From: Clostridia bacterium
GTDB taxonomy: Bacteria > Bacillota > Clostridia > Acetivibrionales > UBA4821
DNA: 27,758 nt
Assembly (NCBI GenBank): GCA_041685035.1
Contig: JAWLGL010000001.1
Location: 1 to 27,758 of the forward strand
Direction of reading: 5' to 3'
Shown here: one piece after another, positions 1 through 6,425 of the stretch
Position numbering within the stretch: the first letter of the stretch is position 1
How the letters are laid out: the number at the start of each line of letters is the position of its first letter
Notes under the pieces: generated by a model
The model's database searches: none
What the model was told of the DNA's origin: nothing
What the model saw: only the letters and a program-made list of their open reading frames with translations
Position numbers and translations under genes: made by a program

Positions 1-26
1 AAACAATAAGAAAGGAAGAAATAACC

Positions 27-710
27 TTGAGTAGAAAGCAGCAGGCGTCAATATTAATATGCATACTTACAGCAATAATATCTATAGCAATCTATGTATG
101 TCCGACACCCATAACAACGCTTTCACGTTATGGTTCGAGAGGGGATGAAGTTATCAATATTCAAGTCAAGCTGAAGAGATGGGGATATTACAAGGGTTCA
201 GTAGATGGAATATACGGATACCTCACATACACAGCTGTAAAGTGGTTTCAGGCAAGAAATGGACTCAGAATTGATGGAATTGCTGGACCTGAGACATTAA
301 GAGCGCTAGGACTGCCAACAGGTGAACCTGCAGCAGCAACAAGGACAGGTGCTGCGGTTTCAAGAAATGTCAATCTCCTTGCCCATGCCATACATGGAGA
401 GGCAAGAGGGGAGCCCTATCAGGGCAAGGTAGCAATTGCTGCAGTAATACTCAATAGGGTGGAGGACCCCAGGTTTCCAAAGACAATTGCAGGTGTAATA
501 TACCAGCCGGGAGCATTTACTGCCGTAGCGGACGGACAGATAAACCTTGACCCGGACACCAGTGCATATAATGCAGCAAGGGATGCTTTAAACGGCTGGG
601 ACCCGACTGGTGGATGCGTATATTATTTTAACCCTGCGACTGCAACCAGCAGATGGATATGGTCGCGTCCTATTGTGACTGTAATCGGGAAGCATTACTT
701 TGCGAAATAA
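27..710 (+). CDS. sleB: Spore cortex-lytic enzyme (PG-binding domain + Hydrolase_2 domain)
   Basis: N-terminal signal/TM. PG-binding motif (VDGIYG..T..AVKWFQ..NGL.IDGIAGPETL). Catalytic domain with LLAHAIHGEARGEPYQGKVAIAAVILNRV and IYQPGAF. TTG start with AAGGAAG upstream. Confidence 0.93.
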   Translation: MSRKQQASILICILTAIISIAIYVCPTPITTLSRYGSRGDEVINIQVKLKRWGYYKGSVDGIYGYLTYTAVKWFQARNGLRIDGIAGPETLRALGLPTGEPAAATRTGAAVSRNVNLLAHAIHGEARGEPYQGKVAIAAVILNRVEDPRFPKTIAGVIYQPGAFTAVADGQINLDPDTSAYNAARDALNGWDPTGGCVYYFNPATATSRWIWSRPIVTVIGKHYFAK

Positions 711-752
711 TAACGGATGAAATTATCACAGGATAACTGCACCTTAAAAATG

Positions 753-963
753 AGCTATTTGCGTTGTAAAAGTAATTCTTCGTAGAAATCCAGCATGTCA
801 TTGCGAGGCTGAAAGCCGTGGCAATCTAAGGTTTTATAGATTCCCACGTCGCTTTGCTCCTCGGAATGACACTGGTAATGCGATACAGTTTTCTGGGGGG
901 AAATATTTTTAACCCTTTCTAAATCCCTTATCTTTCAACGGGTTTAAAACATCGCAAATAGCT
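753..963. mobile_element. Candidate MITE-like non-autonomous element (~211 bp, no ORF)
   Basis: Terminal inverted repeats AGCTATTTGCGTTGT (753-767) and ACATCGCAAATAGCT (949-963) match at 14/15. TTAAAAA lies on both flanks (744-750, 964-970). It contains a palindromic core. Confidence 0.4.
797..870. repeat. REP-like nested palindrome GTCATTGCGAGG...GTGGCAATCT...AGATTCCCAC...CCTCGGAATGAC
   Basis: Outer arms GTCATTGCGAGG / CCTCGGAATGAC pair 11/12. Inner arms GTGGCAATCT / AGATTCCCAC pair 9/10. Confidence 0.75.
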
Positions 964-977
964 TTAAAAAATAGGTA

Positions 978-1006
978 TTAACATAAACCTCAACGTGTGA
1001 TATAAT
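978..1006 (+). promoter_or_regulatory. Sigma-A promoter (extended -10) for the GGDEF gene
   Basis: TTAACA (978-983), 17-nt spacer, TG-A-TATAAT (998-1006). Confidence 0.7.
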
Positions 1007-1029
1007 TTTGAATATATACTCTATAAAAA

Positions 1030-1127
1030 AATATTTTTTTAGTCCCGATAAGCAATTTAGCGGGCCGGCTGATTCGGTATGTATACCGGTTTAATTTACA
1101 GCCGGCTTTTTATTTTGGGCTAAAAGA
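1030..1127 (+). promoter_or_regulatory. Structured 5' leader / attenuator-like element, copy 1
   Basis: AATATTTTTTTAGTCC, then stem GCCGGCTG/CAGCCGGC (1064-1071/1099-1106) with an apical hairpin, then TTTTTATTTT-GGGC. Outer stem 1035-1045/1117-1127. Homologous to 6286-6403. Confidence 0.6.
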
Positions 1128-1166
1128 TTTTAATATATTTACTCCAATAAACAGGAGGGACGTCAA

Positions 1167-1805
1167 ATGCAAGAGATGCTTTTCGGCTTAGTCTTTGGTT
1201 TAATAGCTGTAATAGTCTTTATGTTGTGCCGACTTCATAGTTTGAAGGGAGAAAACGTTGAATTAAGACAGCATGCATTTACAGATGACTTGACCGGGTT
1301 AAAGAATCAAAGATACTACAATGAGTTTTTTTTAAAGGAAGTTAATTTTGCAAGAAGATATAATCTCCCCGTTTCAATTATCCTTATCGATTTAAACAAT
1401 TTCAAAACCGTTAATGACAAATACGGTCACGCAAAAGGAGATGACTATCTGAAGGAAGTTGCAAGAATTCTTAGAAGAACAGCCAAACGTGCAGAGGACC
1501 ATGTAATCAGGTACGGTGGTGATGAATTCGTCATAATCTTACCTGGAGCTGAGCCTAAGGATGCCGAGCGGATAGCTCAGAGGATAAAGACTGGAGTTAC
1601 ATCAATAAATCAACAACTGGGGCTGCAGATAGAGACTTCTGCTAGTGCAGGGGTAGCAGGACGGACAATATGGAGGTATGACAAGAGAATTACAAGCGAA
1701 TCGGAGGCGGAGAGCCTCTTTAACGAGGCAGATGCTTTAATGTACAAACAGAAGGAAGCGGCTAGGAAGGAGCGGCTTGAGAGTGGAACAGAAAACCAGG
1801 GGTAA
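1167..1805 (+). CDS. Membrane-anchored diguanylate cyclase (GGDEF domain)
   Basis: N-terminal TM helix, AFTDDLTGLKN, IDLNNFKTVNDKYGHAKGD, intact RYGGDEF, RxxD (RAED) I-site five residues upstream, ADALMY. AGGAGG RBS. Confidence 0.92.
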   Translation: MQEMLFGLVFGLIAVIVFMLCRLHSLKGENVELRQHAFTDDLTGLKNQRYYNEFFLKEVNFARRYNLPVSIILIDLNNFKTVNDKYGHAKGDDYLKEVARILRRTAKRAEDHVIRYGGDEFVIILPGAEPKDAERIAQRIKTGVTSINQQLGLQIETSASAGVAGRTIWRYDKRITSESEAESLFNEADALMYKQKEAARKERLESGTENQG

Positions 1806-1821
1806 CCCTGGTTCTTTTTTT
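1794..1821 (+). terminator. Intrinsic terminator overlapping the GGDEF stop codon
   Basis: AACCAGGG-GTAA-CCCTGGTT followed by CTTTTTTT. Confidence 0.8.
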
Positions 1822-1879
1822 ATATGTTTTTTCGACAGAATAATTTTAATTTAAGAATTGAAACATTTACAATTTGTAT

Positions 1880-2815
1880 CTAAATTAATGATTTTACACT
1901 CTGAACTATATCCAGAGCAGACAGGTTGAAGTGCTTAACCAACTCACCTGGCTTACCTGATTTTCCGAACAAATCCCTGACACCGACCATTGCCATAGGA
2001 ACAGGGCAGCATCTTGCAGTTACACCGGCCACTGCCTCTCCAAGGCCACCAATGATTGAGTGCTCCTCCGCTGTGACAATTCTGCCCGTATCTCTGGCTG
2101 CAGCTATGATTGCCTCTTGGTCAACAGGCTTAATGGTATGCATATTGAGAACCCGTGCACTGATACCTTCCTTTTCCAGAAGAACTCTGGCTTCCAAGGC
2201 TTCATGAACCATAAACCCTGCAGCGATAATGGTGACGTCCTTTCCATCTGCAAGCTGGACAGCTTTACCAAGCTCAAATCTATAACCCGTCATATCCTTA
2301 TATATGTACGGCACGGCAAGACGGCCCAATCTTAAGTACACAGGCCCCTGGTGCATAAGAGATGCTTTAACAGCTTCCTGGGTTTCAATACCGTCAGCCG
2401 GACAAATTACAGTCATGCCGGGAAGAGAACGCATAAGGGCAACATCTTCAATGGATTGGTGTGAACCGCCGTCTTCACCGACAGTAATTCCAGCGTGAGT
2501 AGCGCCGATTTTTACATTAAGTCCGGGGTAGGCAATAGAGTTTCTTACCTGGTCAAAAGCCCTTCCGGCAGCAAATACGGCAAATGTGCTTACAAAAGGA
2601 ATTTTACCACAGGATGCAAGTCCTGCAGCAACAGCCGCCATGTTTGATTCGGCTATTCCCATATTAAAAAACCTGTCGGGATATTTTTCCGCAAACTTAC
2701 TTGTATAAGTGCTCTTGCTGAGGTCAGCATCAAGCACCACCATCTCCGGATACCTGTCACCCAGTTGTGCCAGTGTCATACCGTATGCTTCGCGTGTTGC
2801 AACCTTGTCTGACAT
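1880..2815 (-). CDS. tkt: Transketolase, C-terminal (pyrimidine-binding) subunit
   Basis: ATREAYG..L, VVLDADLSKST, FFNMGIAE, THAGITVGEDGGSHQ, EEHSIIGGLG. Start reassigned to the ATG at 2815 with GGAGG RBS. Confidence 0.92.
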   Translation of the reverse strand: MSDKVATREAYGMTLAQLGDRYPEMVVLDADLSKSTYTSKFAEKYPDRFFNMGIAESNMAAVAAGLASCGKIPFVSTFAVFAAGRAFDQVRNSIAYPGLNVKIGATHAGITVGEDGGSHQSIEDVALMRSLPGMTVICPADGIETQEAVKASLMHQGPVYLRLGRLAVPYIYKDMTGYRFELGKAVQLADGKDVTIIAAGFMVHEALEARVLLEKEGISARVLNMHTIKPVDQEAIIAAARDTGRIVTAEEHSIIGGLGEAVAGVTARCCPVPMAMVGVRDLFGKSGKPGELVKHFNLSALDIVQSVKSLI

Positions 2816-2816
2816 A

Positions 2817-3653
2817 TTATCTATCCTCCAATCTTGATGAAAGTTCACTGATTGCCTGCTTGTACTGCTCCTGGTTCGGCGCCTTCCCATGCCAGCCGCC
2901 GATACCTTCCATAAACGATACTCCTTTGCCCTTCACCGTTTCACAGATTATGACAGTTGGCTTCCCCTGTACTTTCACGGCTTCATCCAGTGCCGATATA
3001 ATCTGTCCATGTTCATGTCCGTCAATTGAAATGATATTCCAGCCAAATGCCCTGAATTTTTCATCCACCGGTTCAGGGGACATGACCTCATGTACAGGGC
3101 CGTCAATCTGAAGCCTATTATGATCAAGAAATGCAGTTATATTGTCAAGCTTATAGTGAGAAGCAGACATGGCAGCCTCCCAAATCTGTCCTTCTTCAAT
3201 TTCACCGTCACCCATCAGGACATAAACCCTGTAATCTTTTTTATCAAGCTTCCCTGCCAGAGCCATCCCGACAGCTGCCGACAAGCCTTGGCCAAGGGAG
3301 CCTGTAGACATATCTACACCCCGCACCTTTTTCATATCCGGATGCCCCTGAAGGAAACTGTCAATCTGCCTGAATTTCTTTAATTCATCAACAGGGAAGA
3401 ATCCTTTGATTGCAAGGGCTGAATACAGAGCCGGCGAGCAGTGGCCTTTTGAAAGGACGAACCTATCTCTGTCTTCCCACGCAGGGTTTTCAGGTTCAAC
3501 CTTCATGGCATGAAAATATAGTACTGAGAGAATATCGGCGCATGACAGGGAGCCGCCCGGGTGTCCCGACTGAGCATGGAAGACCGCATCGAGAATACCT
3601 ATTCGTATTCTGGTTGAGATATCTTTCAGTGATTTTAAGTCTATAGTGTTCAT
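2817..3653 (-). CDS. tkt: Transketolase, N-terminal (TPP-binding) subunit
   Basis: SGHPGGSLS, DRFVLSKGH, LQGHP, STGSLGQG, GDGEIEEGQIWEA, TVKGKGVSFME. Start reassigned to the ATG at 3653 with AAAGGAG RBS. Confidence 0.93.
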   Translation of the reverse strand: MNTIDLKSLKDISTRIRIGILDAVFHAQSGHPGGSLSCADILSVLYFHAMKVEPENPAWEDRDRFVLSKGHCSPALYSALAIKGFFPVDELKKFRQIDSFLQGHPDMKKVRGVDMSTGSLGQGLSAAVGMALAGKLDKKDYRVYVLMGDGEIEEGQIWEAAMSASHYKLDNITAFLDHNRLQIDGPVHEVMSPEPVDEKFRAFGWNIISIDGHEHGQIISALDEAVKVQGKPTVIICETVKGKGVSFMEGIGGWHGKAPNQEQYKQAISELSSRLEDR

Positions 3654-3770
3654 ATGTACTCCTTTCAAGGCTTTGTAATATATTTCATAACAATGTAGTT
3701 AGAAACAAATTCAGTATTCCGCACTGAATATAGTATATACTCTTTTATCAGGTTATTTCAACAGATTTGC

Positions 3771-3799
3771 AGGGAAAAAGAAACCCCTCAGATGAGGGG
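3771..3799 (-). terminator. Intrinsic terminator after the AbrB paralog
   Basis: Minus strand CCCCTCA-TC-TGAGGGG followed by TTTCTTTTT. Confidence 0.65.
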
Positions 3800-3806
3800 G
3801 ATAAGG

Positions 3807-4061
3807 TTAAACCGATTCAGATTTGTTAAAGACGGCATTAGAGCAATCCTTGCATACCATCTTTCCCTTGAATGATTTTATATCATTGGTATTGCCGCAA
3901 AAAATACAACTCAGCTCATACTTCTTCAAGATGATGTAATTCCCATCAACATAGATTTCAAGGGCATCCTTTTCATCAATGCCCATAGAGCGGCGCAGTT
4001 CTATGGGAAGCACAACCCGCCCGAGGCTGTCGATTCTTCTGACTATTCCTGTTGATTTCAT
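3807..4061 (-). CDS. AbrB/MazE/SpoVT-family transcription regulator (second AbrB paralog)
   Basis: MKSTGIVRRIDSLGRVVLPIELRR, C-terminal CIFC...CKDC. 51/79 identical to the AbrB at 9250-9489 by manual alignment. AGGAGG RBS. Confidence 0.92.
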   Translation of the reverse strand: MKSTGIVRRIDSLGRVVLPIELRRSMGIDEKDALEIYVDGNYIILKKYELSCIFCGNTNDIKSFKGKMVCKDCSNAVFNKSESV

Positions 4062-4213
4062 GATTTACATCCTCCTTTTTAATATTATCCGGCCAGACCA
4101 TATAGAGACTGACTGATTCATCTCCCCGTTGTATTGTATATCTTGGGGTACGTCCACCGTTACCTGATAAGGTCCGGTCCAATTATGATTTCACACGAAG
4201 TATATTTGGTTTA

Positions 4214-4242
4214 AGTATATCTACATGACCAAGAGATTTCAA
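4214..4242 (-). promoter_or_regulatory. Sigma-A promoter for the AbrB paralog
   Basis: Minus strand TTGAAA, 17 nt, TATACT. Confidence 0.7.
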
Positions 4243-4245
4243 GGG

Positions 4246-5886
4246 TTATTTTACCTTAACTCCCAATATCTCCTGACCGCGGGTGCCGACTACAACCATA
4301 TTATTGTATACTGCCGGAGAACCTTCAACGTTTGCCCTGACATTAATCCTATCCAGAATTTTTCCGGTAGTTCCCTCTATAAGATACATACTACCACCCG
4401 AGTCGCAGAAAATTATATAGCTCTTTCCTTCAGGGGTATAGATGTCAACAGGTGAGCTCCAGGAATACCTGTCAAAGGTCAGTTCCCAGACTGTTTCCCC
4501 GGATTCCTTGTCAAATGCGGTCAGCCGGCCTCCATTTTGTTTATAGCTTTTTGCAATGTTGAAGATTACAAGGTGCTCGATATCATTTTTTCCTAAAACC
4601 GGTGTGCCTAAAACGCCTCCGTTTGTCTGGCTGTATCGGCACTTAAAACTTCTTTCCCAGAGAGTTTCACCCGTAAGGGCATTAAGCTTACGAATATACG
4701 ATAAGCCGTCAGCCCCCCGCCTGTCTACTTCGCAGGCGGTATAAAGGGAAACCTTGTTATCCTTTTCATCGATAACTATGGTGCTGTCAGTATCATCGGT
4801 TACATCCCTTACCCACACAGGCGAGAGTGTGTTTAAGTCCAGACACTGAAGGACACCGTCGTTATCTGCAAAATAAGCGTAATTTCTGTATACGGCAGGG
4901 GAGTTTTCAATACCCATCTTTCGGCTTTTTGAAGTATGATACCGGTACCTGGTTATTTCAGGGCTGATGCTAAGCTCATTTTTTGCCGGCTCATAGCGGC
5001 TGTTAAGCCTGGCAGTGTACACCAATCCATTTTCTCCGGCCACGACAAGTGTATCAGTCTTTGCATGGACCAGTGCAGTCGAATCGAAAGCCCCCCATCT
5101 CTTCAATGCGAACGAGTCGATACCATTGATGAAATGAAGCCTTTTCTGGTCCAGAAGGCTGTATATGCTGTAGCCAATGGGTACTCTCTTGCCTCCCACG
5201 GTGTTGATTCCCTGGCCTACATACAAAAGGGGATAGCCTCTCGGATCTACGGTTACACTACCCTTTATGGGACCCGAAGTTTTAATGGGTCTTCTCGTGG
5301 GCGTGCCTGTATCCAGGTCAAGAAAGTGAACTTTTCCGTCAAGCGCTCCGTAGATTACTTCCTTAAGCCCGGCCTTGTTTTTTTTGTACTCAAATATGTT
5401 CATACCGGCTTTGACTTCTTCATCCCATCTGACTATAGCGGGTTGGCCGTTCCACCCTACACCGGTCCATGTATCTATATATCCTATGCTGTGGCTCCAC
5501 ACGGGCTCAAGCTTCTCTGATTGTATGTCGGCAGTTCCGAAACTTGCTGAATCCCTATAATTATTGCCTCTGAAGCAGGTTACGCCGTTGACCTGAGAGT
5601 ACTCTGAAGGCTTTCCGTACAAGATGTCAGAAAATCCTTTGAATGTCCGGGAGGTTTGTCCACGGCTCTGAACCAGCCAGTTGAATCCAAATTGTTCGGG
5701 ACGGTTGGGTGCAGGAACCTCCATGGTATTGACAGGAGTGATATCTAACCTGTTTTGAGCTGGAGTAGTGCCCATAATAGTTAACCCTTCCCGGAGTACG
5801 AATAGTCCGCTCATTCCGATGAAGGATATGGTGCCTATAGCTGCAAGCCAGAATATGAATGTACTGAAGAATTTATCTGTCCGCAT
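4246..5886 (-). CDS. Membrane-anchored PQQ-like/BamB-type beta-propeller repeat protein
   Basis: N-terminal TM. Repeated blade motifs (GKVHFLDLDTG, GVLQCLDLNTLSPVW, GRLTAFDKESGETVW, GSMYLIEGTTG, SSPV/GSPAV). GGAGG RBS. Confidence 0.75.
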   Translation of the reverse strand: MRTDKFFSTFIFWLAAIGTISFIGMSGLFVLREGLTIMGTTPAQNRLDITPVNTMEVPAPNRPEQFGFNWLVQSRGQTSRTFKGFSDILYGKPSEYSQVNGVTCFRGNNYRDSASFGTADIQSEKLEPVWSHSIGYIDTWTGVGWNGQPAIVRWDEEVKAGMNIFEYKKNKAGLKEVIYGALDGKVHFLDLDTGTPTRRPIKTSGPIKGSVTVDPRGYPLLYVGQGINTVGGKRVPIGYSIYSLLDQKRLHFINGIDSFALKRWGAFDSTALVHAKTDTLVVAGENGLVYTARLNSRYEPAKNELSISPEITRYRYHTSKSRKMGIENSPAVYRNYAYFADNDGVLQCLDLNTLSPVWVRDVTDDTDSTIVIDEKDNKVSLYTACEVDRRGADGLSYIRKLNALTGETLWERSFKCRYSQTNGGVLGTPVLGKNDIEHLVIFNIAKSYKQNGGRLTAFDKESGETVWELTFDRYSWSSPVDIYTPEGKSYIIFCDSGGSMYLIEGTTGKILDRINVRANVEGSPAVYNNMVVVGTRGQEILGVKVK

Positions 5887-6046
5887 TTATATCTATCCAG
5901 ACCTCCGAGAGTTTTATGTATATTGACGGATTTTATAGTTTTTTAGTTCCATAATAATAAAACTATGTAGACGAATAATATAATAGCATAAGTACATCCT
6001 TTGATACAACGCACGCTGATTGGCCAGACCAAGAGCAGAAAATGCC

Positions 6047-6087
6047 GATTAAACCGGATGATTAAACCGGATGATTAAACCGATGAT
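6047..6087. repeat. Short tandem repeat, 13-bp unit GATTAAACCGGAT, about 3 copies
   Basis: Two perfect units (6047-6059, 6060-6072), a 12-bp third unit, then GAT. Confidence 0.85.
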
Positions 6088-6233
6088 ACCCAGTTAAACC
6101 ACAGAAAGAGGAACCAATGCTCATGTAAAATAAGGCAGAAAGTAATTGCGAACCATAATTAAGCTGTAAAGGGATTCTTAAGCTTAAACCTCAAAATTTT
6201 AACTAAAATTAACAAAATTAATCGCAATAAATA

Positions 6234-6262
6234 TTGATAAAATTCGACAATTTTAGTATAAT
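6234..6262 (+). promoter_or_regulatory. Sigma-A promoter for the HD gene with a Spo0A box in its spacer
   Basis: TTGATA (6234-6239), 17 nt, TATAAT (6257-6262). TTCGACA at 6243-6249. Confidence 0.7.
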
Positions 6263-6285
6263 TAAAGTATTGATTGAATAGTCAG

Positions 6286-6403
6286 AATATTTTTTAAGTC
6301 CAAAAATGTTTTTTTGGCTGGACGGCAGAGTTCATTATAAGAACTGGTGAGCTGCGCGGTACAGCCAAAATTTTTTATTTTTGGCAGAAGTTTAAAAAAA
6401 TGT
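6286..6403 (+). promoter_or_regulatory. Structured 5' leader / attenuator-like element, copy 2
   Basis: AATATTTTTTAAGTCC, then stem TTTTGGCTG/CAGCCAAAA (6312-6320/6362-6370) with an apical hairpin, then TTTTTTATTTTTGGC. Outer stem CCAAAAAT/ATTTTTGG and TTTTTTAA/TTAAAAAA. Homologous to 1030-1127. Confidence 0.6.
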
Positions 6404-6425
6404 CGTAGAAAAGGAGAGAAATTAA

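Noticed and set aside
1030-1127. Shared leader as a known element (PyrR loop, T-box, ANTAR, c-di-GMP riboswitch, integron attC)
   Set aside because: AGTCC...GGCT recalls PyrR, but the fixed ARUCCNGNGAGGYU loop is absent. There is no T-box GGTGGNACC, no twin hexaloops in both copies, no GCAAA/GNRA GEMM pattern, and no RYYYAAC/GTTRRRY attC cores. The elements also lie upstream of the genes.
1831-1837. Spo0A boxes at 1831 and 23733
   Set aside because: Both lie downstream of genes in terminator regions, not at promoters, and are probably chance.
1880-3653. Transketolase split as a frameshifted pseudogene
   Set aside because: Both halves are complete, and the second has its own RBS. Two-subunit transketolases are normal in Clostridia.
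4091-6031. GGCCAGACCA direct repeat (4091 and 6022) flanking the beta-propeller gene as att sites
   Set aside because: 10-bp matches are expected many times by chance in 28 kb, and the flanks share nothing else.
6047-6087. CRISPR array
   Set aside because: The repeats are 13 bp and directly adjacent, with no spacers and no cas genes.
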